A stretch of 64,000 nt of DNA, taken from contig NC_086108.1 of the NCBI RefSeq assembly GCF_963921235.1, forward strand, positions 49,168,001 through 49,232,000. Direction: 5' to 3'. The position numbers and the translations under genes are program-made. This document shows positions 24,119 through 37,889 of this stretch, one piece after another (the stretch's first letter is position 1; every line of letters begins with the position of its first letter). The stretch is from Mobula hypostoma. Lineage: Eukaryota. The notes under the pieces were generated by a model. The model saw only the letters and a program-made list of their open reading frames with translations, did no database searches and was not told the DNA's origin.

Positions 24119-24465
24119 CAATGTTCCCTCAGATTTGTAATGACCAGTGTGCACAAAAATCTTGTGCTGTGCAACTTTTTGCTCAGTGACAGCAACGTGT
24201 GCACACTGAGTAATTTCATCAATAAAAACAGTATAAATAAGCCAGTTTTACAATCTGCAAACTAATCATTGCAAACTCTGCGTTGTCAACACTGTCTGCA
24301 TCAGAAACTGGAAAAGGGAACCTGGTTGTGTACAATTGTGAAATATACTTAACATGCCAACGAGATAGATGGTGACAACCTTTTGTGCACAATTTCAATT
24401 CCTTTGTGTGCTAGTAGCAAAAGATGTGTGTGCGCGCACATGCGCACACCTTAGAGGGATCATTG
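24119..24465. mobile_element. hAT-type MITE (347 bp)
   Basis: TIRs CAATGTTCCCTC.. / ..GAGGGATCATTG. The 8-bp flanks CTGACGGC and CCAACTGC are compatible with a CpG-decayed TSD. Confidence 0.65.
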
Positions 24466-26814
24466 CCAACTGCCCCCGCTGGTTCTGTTATTTTTTCTTT
24501 TAAGGGAAGGCTTGGGAGGAATGACTTGATTCAGATCTTTAAAAATATAAAGGAATTTAATTGTGGATAAAGATACCGTAAGTTGAAGTAAAATATCCAA
24601 AATCTTCATTACCCAGAGAGTGATTGAGAAGGTGGAACTTATGACCACAATAGTGGTTGATGCTATTGGTACAGAAGCATTAATGGAAGGCAAGGCAGAC
24701 AAAGAAGGGGAGAGAGATAGATGAAGAAAGAGCAGGAGTGTAAATGTCAGTATTGACAGTTTGGGATGAATAACCTGTTTCTTTTCTGTGTAGCTGTCTA
24801 ATCCTATAAATATTATTTTTTTGTAGATATTGCCTAATTTGAGTATTTACATGATATTCTGATTTTGTTGCAGTGTTTCAATGCCTATTAAAATGACCAA
24901 TGTTCTAAATATTGGATTGTTTAAAATTGATGATATTATTTGTCAGTTAGCTATATATAACTGTGTGTAATAGGTTCACAGGTATGTTGTTTATTCAAGA
25001 TAAAAGATTCATATTGAACTTGCATTACTAAAATCAACCTGAAATGCAATTTTACTTAAGTTGTGGATTCTGGATTGCACCCATATAGTCTTGTAGACCT
25101 AATCACATCAAACAGACAGTTACTGTACAGCAAAATCCTAGACATCCACCAGATTTTGGACTGATGGTGCTGGATTAGCAGATTTTACAGTTTATTAGAT
25201 ATTACCCCAATCAAGACCCAAACATGTTTATTTCACTTTTTCTGTATATTACACAGAAATATAATAAATTTTCCAAAAAAATGTGGTAAAGTTAAAGGGA
25301 AGGTGGGACATGGTGAGTTTGAAGGAAGCATAGTCAACAGGGTCTAGTGAGCTTAAAGGAAGTGCACAAAAGAGAGCCAGTGAGCCAAGTGCTGTACTTT
25401 CGGACTTCTGAACAATAGGATTGAAGACTGTTGAAGTTTTATGTAGAACATAGAACAATATAGCACAGGACAGACCCTTTGGCCCACGATGCCTGTGCCA
25501 AGCATAATGTCAAATTAAACTAGCACCATCTGCCTGCACATGATCCATATCCTTCAATTTCTTGCATATTCATTTGCCCATCTAAAAGCCTGTTGAACAT
25601 TACTATCAGGTCTGCTTCTGCTACCACTCCTGACAGCGCATTCAATACAAATTGCAAAGGATTCTCTTTCTCAACATGCAGATTATTTTACCGATGTATG
25701 ATTTCATTTTTTAAAATCTTTTTATGTTCAATTCCTTTCATTGTGTTTTATCTTCCTATCTCTATAACTCCTCCTGACACACACCTGATCAAGTGTTCTG
25801 CTTTCCTCCAGTACTGGTTTTATGTACTTTAACTTCCATATCCCCTGTATTAGCAGCTGTGTCTTCAGCCTTATAGATGATATTTTCTAGAATCTATCAT
25901 CGTGTATATTTACTCCTTGAACAGTCCTTAAAACTTGCCTCTTTGACCACCCAATCTAATGTTATGTTTGATTTGGCCCTGGGTTGCACTACACTAAAAG
26001 CCTTGTATAAATGCAAATTGTTATTGAATTTGCAGAAAATATTTCAGCTTTAAATATGATATATAGAATTTGCACTCTAAAGTGCCTTAACAGAAGTAGA
26101 AAATAAAGATACAAATCTGAGGAAACATTTTTAAAATATGTTCAAAAGTTATTAGTTAAGAATCAGATGAATTACTTTCTTGCTGTGTCTTAAAGCATGG
26201 CTGTAATATTAAGATGCCCATCCCTTGAACAGATCTATTTGTAAGATAATTCCACTTGTGAACTGGAAATGCAGACTTATTGTGGCAGAAATTTATTTAC
26301 CTAATTGTAACACATGGAAGAACTTTCATGTATTTATGTTAGATACGCAGTTCACATTCAAAGTCTGCTACCTCTCTGGCCTTGGTCTTGGACATAGCCT
26401 TGGTCTTGTATCTGACTCATGAAATGTCCTCAACCACACTTATATTTTGCAACTGTGATCATCAGAGACATATAGAAACATATAAAATAATTATAAAATA
26501 GTAAAATAAAAGTTAATAAATTTAAATAAAGTATTAAAAATGCATGTTTTGGGGAAGATTGATGACATAATTCGAATGAGTGAAGGATGAAGTTAACTTG
26601 GTAGATTACTGAATCACCTGTGAAGCTAGGTGCATGCTCTGAAATTGCTTGTGTTGGGTCTGCAGTGGCCAATGAAATCCAACCTAACTGGTTTGCACCA
26701 AGGTAATTTAATGTGAGGAAACTCCAAGCCATGATTGGAGTGCAGTGTGATATCATTCAACTTAAGAAAAATTATTTCCTACAGCATGTATCAACATACT
26801 ATGTAGAGAAGTAC

Positions 26815-27190
26815 GTTAGATTTCAAGATTGTTTAGTGTCATTTCCAGTACACAAGTGAAAAGGAGAACTAAATATTGTTACTCCAGTTCTGATGCAGCA
26901 CAAAAAACACAATAAGGTAAAGAACACAACACAATAATAATAAAAAAACACAATAAATATAAATACACAAGATAGCTTATATATATTGATTGTGTGTCCA
27001 CTACGCTAGGCACAGGAGTGTCTGTACAAAGGTGATTCTGACAGAAAATGATAAAGTGGTGGGGGTGTGGGTGGAGGTGTTGATCAGCCTTGCGGCTTGG
27101 AGAATGTAACCGTTTTTTAAGTCTGGTAGTCCTAGCATGGATGTGAACTATTCTGCCCCCCCCCCCAGATGGGAGTGGGACAAACCTGAT
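26815..27190 (-). mobile_element. Rex1-type LINE 3'UTR fragment
   Basis: Tail (agatttcaagattgttt..) and ..gttttt.agtctggtagtcct.. similar to other Rex1 ends in the window. Confidence 0.5.
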
Positions 27191-27934
27191 TTGGGCTGAA
27201 TTGGCTGATTATAGATGAATTTGGAGACTGGTGCAAACATTCATCTTTTGTAGAGGATAGGATTACGCAGTAGCAACGACTGCATGTTCACTTATCTCCC
27301 TGGAAATCAATTCCACAGTTGTACAGGTTGCCAACATTCATAGTTCTAACTTTTGAGGGACATGCTCTGTTGTACAGAAAAGGAAAGAGAGATATGAAAT
27401 TGGGCAACATTCTGAAAATAATGTTAAATATAGATAAGACATGTTTTAACTGTGTTTCGTGGAAGTTAAATGGCACACAAGTGGGGCAGTTCACTGAGCA
27501 ATTGTAGTCCTAATTGACTACTCTTTACACCAACTCATATTGCACTGAAAAAAGTTTTATTTTTCAGAGTTCTCTCCATTGCTTCATTTCCCAGTCAAAA
27601 CTGGAAATTTGGGAAGGCTGTCTTAATAAGGGGAACAAGTCTGGCCACATCTGTTTTGGTGCATTAATTGTCCATCTGTCAGCTGCTATAACCATAGCCA
27701 ATTAGTTGGTACCCTGCAGACTACTTGCATGAACCCTGTCTCAGATTAAGATTAGGTAGTAGAGGACATACATATAAAGTGAGAGCAGGAAAGTTGAAAG
27801 GAGATGGGTGGTGCAAGCTTTAACACAGTAGGTGCTTGGAACAGGCTGCTAGGTGTTATGGTGGAAGCAAATACAACTAACTGTGGCAGTTAAGAACCTA
27901 TTAGACACATACTGTGAATATACAGGGAATGAAG

Positions 27935-27960
27935 ATATATATATATATATATATATATAT
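27935..27960. repeat. (AT)n microsatellite within a decayed CR1 tail
   Basis: atatatatat... run seen directly. Confidence 0.9.
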
Positions 27961-28463
27961 GGATCATGGGCAGGCAGGAGGGAGTTTAATTTGACACAGA
28001 CAGGCTGAGGGCTGTACTGTGCTAATTTCCAGCTGAATCCCATCCCATTCTTGGACCTTCTTTGTTTCTGCCTCTCTGCTGTCAAGACTTAAGACTCTAG
28101 GAGTTAAGAGATATCCTCCTTCTTTGAGAAATATGACCTTTCCCCTGCCTTAATTGATGGAAGCCTCTAACGCGTTCCTCCAATTCCCACATATTGCTTT
28201 TACCTAATCAACATTTTGGGTCAAGACCTTGCCTCAGGAGAGAGACAGAGTTCTTCGGTATTCACTGTATCCAGTACATCATCCTTAACTGCCTTCACTA
28301 TCTGTGATGCAATTCCTCAATCAGTACATGATTCCCTCACCCACACCTTTCTGCTTTAGTGTTGTGGGCAAAACAGATTGGGATGGGAGTGATAGGGTGA
28401 AAGGCCTGTTTCTGTGCTGGACAACTTGTTTAGCGCAATTAGTTACCATACTGACTTAAAATT

Positions 28464-28694
28464 AAACACAAGTGATTCTGCAGATACTGGAAATCTGGAG
28501 CATCACATATAAAATGGAGAAACTTAGCAAGTCAGGCAGCTTCTTTGGAGGGAATAAACAGCTGACATTCTGCAAAAAGAATAGATAGATAGATGAAGGG
28601 TTTCAGCCCGGAATATCAACTGTTTATTCCCTCCAATGCTTCCTGACCTACTGAGTTCCTCCAGCATTGTGTGTATGTACATGTGTGTTTTGCT
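28464..28694. mobile_element. Second, older Penelope-like inverted-terminus element
   Basis: Same architecture as 17870-18191: acacaag..ctgcagatactggaaatc.. arm, (GATA)n spacer, and an inverted arm with gatgaagggtttcagcccggaatatcaactg. Confidence 0.65.
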
Positions 28695-31600
28695 ATTAAA
28701 ATAATGTTTATTATATACTGATGGTTAAACTTAAATTGATTAATGAACATGTTGCAGGACAATTACGTAGATACAGCATTTGTTTCATGATGATAAAGGA
28801 GGTGTCAGACATGAAAGTGATTACAAAGACTCCAGGTCATGTTTACACTTTACTGATACTATGATCCATTAACCAAAGAAGTAAAGGACTCCACGTTAGT
28901 GTGAAATGTAGTAAAAAAAGAGGCTTTTGAATTCATAAATGTGCAAATTTTCCAATTCAAACCCTCTTTTAGCTGCAGCATAGATGCAAATTAACCAAAT
29001 GCCACTGAAAAAGTATTTTTAACAATTTAGTTTTTTAAAAAATTTTTATTTCTTTTCATTCAGCTGTCTTGATCCTACTGTAAGGCTGTGATTGATGCCA
29101 TTGATGCCATTCTTAATCTGGCCACTAGGAGCTAGTATGTCACTATGGCATACTACTGTGTAGCAATTTCACTCAAGTTTTGTTAGCTATCTTGAGAAGA
29201 AACAAACACTATTATTGAGTTGAACTCATTCATGTTTTATACAGTAACTAGAATGGCGCAGATTGTATCCGGGACAGAAGAGTTTGCAATGCTTCAGCTT
29301 CCAATTTTCCTTCGGGTAGAACTTGTAGAAAGAAGTACTTGGGGAGGTTTGTTGTTTAATGAACAACAAGTGGAGCCAAAGTAGGGAGTTTGAATTAGGA
29401 TACAAAGCAGCCTTGTGCTAACAGGTTTGTGGAACAGATTTGATGTGCTGAATGGCTTCCCCATCTCTGGTTTATTAAGTGTGCTGAAGTACAATTCTGA
29501 TCAGAGAATAAACAGGATTTCTTGCACCAGCACTGTCTTTTCACTCCAAAATTTTTAAACTGGAATTCAAGTTTTTATTTTCCCATCTGTGAAATGATGC
29601 ACATCACTAAATCTGCATCAGTTAATCATGAGTGGTGAATGGTTGCAGAATGTGCGTATGTGAGAATGAGAGAAAGAGGATTTACTTGCTGCGTGTGTCT
29701 ATCAACGTGAACACTATGGGTCAAATCATCTTATCTGTGTTGCAGTTTTTTCCATGATTAATTTGGCTTATATAACAGTGCCTGTATTCATTTCAGACTT
29801 ATAATCCAACACTGTTTGTAGTATTGAGTTAGGCTGCTGCAATTCCATTTTACTAAGTTAATTTTGATGTAATTATTTTAAGATCTACAACATGGTATTT
29901 TTGTTAAAAATAGAAAAATGATAATTCTATTTATACCAGACTTCAGTTACTCATTGCATTTCAGATGACATAAACTGCTCTAAATATCACATTGAATTGT
30001 TACATGATATTTTCAGCATTCAGTAACAGCTAACATCAAATGCCGTAATTAAATCGGTGGTGTCACTGTAATATGCCAAGGAATAATGTAATATCAGTTT
30101 AATTTGTTCACTTGTTTTTACCAGTCAGAATCAGAATTATATCACTGACAATATGTTGTGAAATTTGTTATCTTGCAGCAGCAGTACAGTGAAAAACATA
30201 AAAATTACTATAAGTTACAAAATAAATGAATAGTGCAAAAGATGAATAATGAGGTAGTCCTGATGGGTTCATGGTCTGTGCATAACAGAAATTGACAGTG
30301 GGGGGCAGGCTGGCTGCGAGAAAGCAAACATCAAAAAGTAATCAAATCTTCAAAGAAATATCATTCCAGCTAAATTTAAATAATTGCTGACAGTCAATTT
30401 GTTTAAAATCCCACTAACCATGCAGTATTTTCTAATTTTTCTCCATATCAATAATGGTTACGGATACCATTGCCTGGAGACCAATTCCTTTATTCTAAAA
30501 CTTCCATGATCGTACCTAAGCTCAAGAAAGTCATAGGTTATTTTAAGTTAAGTCTTTGAAAAATCACAATACAATCTACAATGTTTTCTCTCCAATACCC
30601 AAATTGAAGCTTTTCTTTAAACACTGTTTATGGATGTCTTTGCACCAGTCCTGAAATTATTCTGATCAAATTTGTCAAGCTCAGTTTGAGTGGTCTTGCA
30701 ATACTTTGTTCATATCTATCCAACTGTAGAGAGCCTTCTATCTCCAGCACATATCTTTGGAGTCCATCAAGGATTTATTCTTAGTTTCCCTCTTTCTTTA
30801 TCTACATGTATTACCTTGATGATATCTTAAGATATCAAGTTAGTTTGAATATATTAATTTATCAGGTAAACTGTTTCTCTTTACACAGATTTTCCTGAAG
30901 TACAGAGTGTTTTGAGCGTTTTGTTATTATTTCATATCTCTAGCATTTCTGATTTTTGATTTTCTCTGAACTCCTTCCATTGGTGTCAAACTGCCCAATA
31001 TCCATTCTTAGACAATCCAGTTTCCTCTAGCCAACCATTGACTCCATCCTTGATCCTATCCTTCCCTGCCACTAACTTTGTTGAAAACACGAATCGTTTA
31101 AATCCTCCCTTAGTTTGAACCTTTAACCACGTATCCAATCCTTTATAAAGGCTCTATTTTCATCTTTATAAAATCACTGGTTTCCACCCTAACCTTGATC
31201 AATCTGCTCCTAAACCTTCATTAATGTTTTATTTTCACTTGCAGATTTGATTATTTCAGTATCCTTATAGCCTAGAATCCTATCTTCTATCCACTTTAAA
31301 CATTACCATCATTGAAAACTGATTATATGCAGTTCTACGTAATCACTCATTTACCTTTTACCTCTGTGCTACAGTTCTGAATTGGTTCAGTCATTGAACA
31401 CCTCCAATTTTTAAGTCGCATGTTAAAGCATTTTCATGGGTTCCTTATCCTGTTTCTGGAAATTGCATATTAACTTTCTTTATTAAAACACATGTCTTTG
31501 ACTAAACTTGGTGAGTTTTTTTTTGTTTTGGACCAATTTTTGTCCGATACATCGCTGCAAAGTTCTTTGGAGTGTGTTTTTGATAGAAATTGATAATCGA

Positions 31601-32199
31601 GCACGGCATAATTCTTGGAGTTTAATATAATGGCACATTTCAATCTTATTGCAATTGTTACTTTTTGACTTGCATCCTGCAACATAAATCGAGAAAATTT
31701 ATGGTTTGAATTTAAGATGTTGCACAATTGATTCGAAGTATGAACAGTTCGCTTTCTAAAATGGACCGGTAGAACAAAACCATTGTAAGACGTTTTACCA
31801 CACCCTCACTGTGAATTTAATAGCTTTTTTTTAAAAAGACAGACATAACTTGAACGATATAAAGCGCTAAAAATAATTATCTTTACAAATATATATAATT
31901 AAACGATATTAAGGTTGATCAAAAATTGCGGATGCTTAAAATCTGAAATACTCAAATTTGTACTTAATAGTTTTCGTTTCAAAAAAAGGTGACATTATTA
32001 AATATGAAAACGCTGATAGCTTTCAGCTGGTCAGGACAACATTTGTGGAAGGAAAGGCACAGTTAACTAATTTTCTTTCCGGAGATGCTGCTTAACCTGC
32101 TGAATGTTTCCAGCATCTTTCCCCTTGGAGGATTTAATAAACATCGCACCTTTTACACGTACATGCCATGGGAGTATTGTTTTTCTATGGTTACTACTT

Positions 32200-34290
32200 T
32201 ATAACACGTGAGCACGGAACATTGATGAGAGAAATTTATGCCGGGTGTCAGACTGTTTCAGAGTTAGCTTCCACCGCCTCTCTCCTTACTCCCCCATCTC
32301 TATCGGCGGAAGTGGATCACGTTTAGGGAGTGCGGTGCCCAGATCTGTTCCTTGGTCCCAGATTGCACTGCGAGGGTGTGGACCTGTTGCCTTTTTTGTG
32401 TATGTTTTGTATGTGCAGTCTTCAATGGCGCTGGGACGATCCTGGAGTTCGAAGGAAGGCATGCCGAATGAATTGAAGCGTTTGGTCTTTCTCGGCACCA
32501 TGTGCTGGAGACTACGACTCGTCCTTCTCGGTTGTCTGATCGTGCAATGCCCGGCAGCCATGGACGAATGTTACGACGAGAATGCCCGGTCTCAGCGCTG
32601 TATGCCCGAGTTCGTCAACGCCGCTTTCAATGTGACTGTAGTGGCCAGCAACACTTGCGGTTCCCCTCCTGAAGAATATTGCGTCCAGACCGGAGTGACG
32701 GGGGTTACCAAGTCCTGCCACATCTGCGACTCCAGCAACCCCCGGCTCCAGCACGGTGCCGTCTACCTGACCGATTATAATAACCAAGCCGATACCACTT
32801 GGTGGCAAAGTCAGACGATGCTCGCAGGGATTCAGTATCCTAATTCAATTAGCCTGACTTTGCACTTGGGTAAGTACGCCCCCCCCCCACCGAAAATACA
32901 GTAATTGAATTTAAATTTAAAAATTTGCTTCGGAATGTACCATGAAACATTTGATAGCAAAAGTTCTAACTATTTATATTGGAGGTGTTGCAACTGTATT
33001 AATTATGCACTGGGCAAAAAAAGTGTTGATATTGTAAATATCTTGAATTTGCATTCATTAGAGACATGGGGATTGCAATCGTCTCTCCTATAGGTGAAGG
33101 TGGAACGGCAGGGAAGTCCTGTTTAAACGGTGCTGTAGAAACGAGGGGCGGTGAAGAGAGAGAGGAGTGTTGTAGAAGATATGGATCTCCGTTTAATTAT
33201 TAGAAAACTTACAATTCCAGTCGATCGTCGACCGGGGTTGAACTTAGAAGCGAATATAAAGATCAGAAGGAAGCGACCAGGCTGCCGATTGAAACTTTCA
33301 GTTTAAATCATCCCAAGCCTGACACTATCTCCCCTCATGCCATGAAATGTGGCCACGGTGCATCCGGGCCGCGATACCTTCCTTTCCCGAGCAGTTCAAC
33401 GAATGGAGTTAGTTTTGCTGCCCCCCGAGTACAATATTTTAATCAGCCTCGCGGTTTTGTACACCTTAAGTACGCTTGAGCGGGGAAGAAGTGCCTTTGG
33501 TGGCGTTTAACATCAGTTAATATCTGCACGAATTGTTCATTAAAAATGCTTTTAACGCTTATTCTCTCCCTCCTGGGAAAGTTTTTTTTATTCCTTCCCT
33601 GCTTCAAGATGGCGCAGTTTGTGAACTCCATTAGGCAGCGAGTTTTGTCAGTAGTTAACGTGGATCGGAAGGAGGGGAAGGAGGGCGCTGGACGGGCCAA
33701 AAGGGAGAGGTCGCTGACATTTTATTCCAAGGAGTGCCGGTCGATTGCGGTGCGCGTCTTGGTGAGGGTGGTATTAAATGGACGGGATAGTATGAGTGAA
33801 AGAGGAAGGCTAGGGTGGGGATTTGTCTTATAAACTGAGCAATCGCGACATAAATCTGCGCTGGTTGAAGTTTTGTTGGTTAAATTGGTTTTACAGTAGA
33901 TGGGCGACATCTCCTGGAGTCAGTTCTCACGCTGGTGGTCATGCTTTTTCCCAGAATACATCCTCCCTTTGCTGCGATCTTAAATTGGACTTGTCAGAAT
34001 GTTCCTCTGCGTCGACTTGCATTCCGCGAAAGGAGTTGAGAGTTTCAGTTGAAAATCTTGCTTTCTTGTTTATCAGAAAGACTAAATCGGGCGAGTTTGG
34101 AGGACTTCATCTCCCGCAGACAGCTACAGTTAAAATGACATTTCTCCATAATTCGAATATACAGTTTTTTTTTTACACGCTCATAGTGCAAATATGATTG
34201 AGCTGGGATTTTAGGTGTTGAGTCCATACGAAACATAATTACCGGCTAAGTAGGCACATTCTTGACTCGCGGACGCTCTCTGCTTTAAGG
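32200..34290. promoter_or_regulatory. CpG-rich island covering the lamc1 5' end and start of intron 1
   Basis: CpG density is visibly much higher than in the flanks, in non-repeat sequence surrounding exon 1. Limits estimated by eye. Confidence 0.7.
32500..32869 (+). CDS. lamc1: Laminin subunit gamma-1, first coding exon (signal peptide and start of LN domain)
   Basis: [105 protein letters not shown] closely matches vertebrate LAMC1. ATG in ggcaccATG context; phase-1 donor G/GTAAGT at 32869/32870. Confidence 0.96.
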
Positions 34291-35299
34291 CATTAGTTTT
34301 ATTGTACCCTTTCCGATGAACTTTTGTATCACAGGTATTGAGCCCCCACTGGGGCTATTCTGTATTATCCCACACCCTCTCGTAGGATAAACATTGGATC
34401 ATTATTCTTTATAATTAACTGCCTAACTGAATCGCCATTCTACTTTTCCATCTCCCTCTCACTTACCCCTTGCAATTAAAGTCTAGTTTTAAATTTTAAA
34501 TTTTTGCAGATTGTTTAATTTCATTTTATTTTTTAAGTTGGTTTTGTGATGCTAAGCTCAGTTTGGGCTTTTGTTAGGTAAATGGTAATTTTCTTGTAAC
34601 TGAGACTCTGTATTTGATACATTTATATACTAACTTAAAACCGTGGTTTATTTTAGCTTTGCTTGAGGCAGAAGGAAAATCTCTAGAAACTGGTGACCAA
34701 TTTATTTAATGAGATCTTTCTCTCAGTAGATTAAATTCATTTTTATTGACGTAATGCAACTATATTGCTGAAATTACCTCAGTGTTGGCTCATATCCTGC
34801 ACTTACTGAAAGTGTTTAATATAATTTCTGTGAGCATTGTGGTGGTAAAGCTTAACTATACTGTATTTGTAATTATTTTCCCCATCTTAGTTCATCGACA
34901 ATGTCCTCATCTATGCCTTTTTAACTTTTAAATAAGACTATTTCAAAGCTGTTTCTATTGCTGACCTGCCACTTTGCAGCATCTTGAAATCAGGGAAAAT
35001 CCTTTTCTGAGAATATACCAAGTTCCTGACTTACAACGATGGACTTGTCATACCCATCCTCTCTGGCAGTGACATCTCAATTTAAAATTCTCACCTTTCT
35101 TGCATCCTTCCAAAGCTTGATATGGGAATGTCCTCTGGTAACTTCCTCTGGCCCTACTCCCAACCCAGTGAGCTGCTTTCCTTCAATTCTGGCCTCCAAT
35201 CTGAAGCACTTTATCATTCATACCTTGCCTTCAGTTTACAAAGTCCCATTTGCATTCCCCTTATCTTGAGACTTTTTAAACCATTTTTTCTAATCAAAC

Positions 35300-35885
35300 T
35301 TTCAATTCAAGTTCAAGGTCAGTTTATTGTCAGTCAGCTGTACACACGTATATTACCAAACGAAACAACATTCTTCTGGACCAAGGTGAATGACAAGTAA
35401 CTGTAGCACACACACATTACACATAAGGTAATATCACCACTAGTAAATTAGCATTAGTGCATTTATGACACTAGTTTAACCAGTAAACAGTTATAATGTC
35501 ATTAGTGCTTCATGCAAGATGAAACTGGGTAGTGGCGGGGAATTCAGTTGTGTTATGGCCTGGGAGAAGAAGCTGTTTGCTATTGTACCTCCAGCCTGAT
35601 GGTAGGGTGGATCAAAGAGATTGTTGGATGGATGGGAGGTATTATTGACAATGCTAAGAGTCCTGCATATACAGTGCTTCTGATAAGTGGAAGAGGGACC
35701 CCGATGACCTCCTCAGCAGTTCTCGCAATCCTTTGTAGGAATTGCGGTCAGATGCCTTATAGTTCCCATGCCAGACAGTGATGCAGCTGGTCTGGTCACA
35801 TGATGGTGCTCCTGTAAAAATTGGTTGAATTGTGGGGGGTTGGGAGGGTCCTTACTTGGCTCGATCTCCCCAGGAAGTGAAGACA
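35300..35885 (-). mobile_element. Rex1/Babar-type LINE 3' fragment (decayed)
   Basis: Tail ttcaagttcaaggtcagtttattg and reverse-strand CITVWxGN-like segment (ccatgccagacagtgatgcagc). Confidence 0.6.
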
Positions 35886-36821
35886 TTTAGTTGTCTGCCT
35901 TTAATGTTTCCTTATCTCTTGTTGCAAATTTTTGCTTGAAAATGATCCTAAAAGATACCTTGTTAATGGTCCTTTGTGAATTGCAATTTATTGCAATATA
36001 CACCTATTGGAGAGTGCTAGGGAACCCAGTAAAGAAGTGAAAGCACTAATTTAAACATTTTATTATTGAGGATTAAGTGCGTAGAGTTCCAGTGCTATGA
36101 TAAGTAATCAGTTTGTGGTTTTGTTATTAAATTGAATAATGCTGGCCTCAATTCATTATGTTAACCTTATTTTTTTTTACCAGAGGTGACATGGAAGAGA
36201 ATTGCTTTATTTCCAGCTCAATACTTTTTTCTTTTTAGGGATTATCTTCCTGGTTGTCTTCCAATCACACTTCTGGTATAGCTACTACCAAATAGAAGGC
36301 ATCTTTGTTCTTCATTCTGATTCTGATTAGTATCATGCAATGCATTCAGAATAGTCTTTTGTCGGTGCCCGCTGATGATGCGCTCTGGGTTCTTTATCCC
36401 TCAGCCACACTACTGGAGTTGATTTGAATTCCTGTGGAATAAGGATGGAGGCATTGACACTGTGGTTAGTGCTTACAGTGACCAATGGTCATTCATTTCA
36501 TTTGATAAACTTTATGTATTAGTTGAAAAATAGGACTGGAAGGAGCCGATGAGCAAATATTTTTAGGTGCAGTAGGGGAAGAATGGTCTGTTCTCACCAC
36601 CAAGCGTCCATTTATAACCACCTTTATTCTCTGCATATTCTCATCAACTTTTCTCTGTTTTTACCACTTGCCTTCATACTAACAATTTTTACAGGGTCCA
36701 ATTAACTTACTAACCCTTTTGACAAATTGTATCTTATTCTGGTGAGGAGTGTCTGGTGTGGAAAGAGGAAAAGTAGTGGCATCATGAACTAAAGTTTAAA
36801 AAAACACAAAATTAAACAAAG

Positions 36822-36948
36822 GACTGCTGAAGAGTCTTGGCCTGAAATGTTCACTGTACTCTTTTCCATAGATTCTGCCTGGCCTGCTGTATTTCTCCAG
36901 CATTTTGTTGTGTTGCTTGGATTTCCAGCATCAGCAGATTTTTTTCTT
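36822..36948 (+). mobile_element. Single Penelope-like terminus with degenerate hammerhead motif
   Basis: ctgctgaagagtcttggcctgaaatgttcactg..ccagcattttgttgtgttgcttggatttccagcatcagcagattt, homologous to the arms of 17870-18191. Confidence 0.65.
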
Positions 36949-37889
36949 GAAGGTGTTTGAGGGAGTGTCTGAGCTGCAAGAGTTGAGTTGTTAGCAGTTG
37001 GACAATAACAGTCGAGACAACTTGAATGGAAGTATCAATTGATTGCTTGAAAATATTGTGCATGTTCTTTCCTTAAAAAAAACTGAGCTGTTCACAACTC
37101 ATTGGCTCCTGTAAGTCCATGACAATTATTTGATTTGCCATATGAATTTTGATAGGTTTTTATCCTTATTTATATACAGATGGCCAAAAGCATTAAATTG
37201 TGTTTGGCTAAGAACGTCTTTAATATTTTGGAGCAGTTTTATGAAATGCTGGGTGTAGAGGGGAGAAAATTGAAGTGGTCAATAAAACATGTCTTTGTCG
37301 TAATTATAGCTTACAATTTAGATTATGACCTTATGCCAGATTAGAAGTGTTTTATCAACAGGAAGATGCATTAGTGAATCATCCTTTTTGTAATTTTGTG
37401 GTTATATTGTTTGGTCTGTAACTGGACTGTGTTCACATTTTAAAGCATTCAATGTAATTCCTATTATTCAACAACCCATCTGAAAGAGAACAGTATACGT
37501 ATGTTTGGAGTGGAAATATAACTTTCATATAGCTGTAAGGTAAACAGGCATCACTTTGGAATTGGTCCACTTAGTGAAGTAAACTTGTCCAAAAAAAACT
37601 ACAAATCCAGGTTTTTACTTGGGGATTTTCTATTCCTCATTGAGGTAGCATATTGGATATTTCTTAAATGGTTAACAGCAAGTTGCTTTGCTGTGGTTTT
37701 GACTGGTGTTACTGCTTTGATCTTATAAGGAAACCATTTTGGACAGAATTTTGCTCATCCTACATCACTTAGTTTTTTGAATCTCCATTCTCTACCTTTG
37801 TGTCTGTCGCATACATTTAATATAAACAGATTGGAGAAATATTTGGTGAATCGTATATCATCATCATCATCATCCTCCATACAAGAATA

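Noticed and set aside
26604..26708. Possible small exon (..ITESPVKLGACSEIAC..AAG/GTAATT)
   Set aside because: Weak acceptor and no recognisable product.
32500..32869. Netrin or lamc3 identity for the LN-domain exon
   Set aside because: Motifs such as [16 protein letters not shown] and [21 protein letters not shown] match LAMC1 specifically.
32245..32904. 219-aa ORF as a standalone single-exon protein
   Set aside because: Similarity to laminin gamma-1 stops at a canonical GTAAGT donor; the tail YAPPPPKIQ is intron read-through.
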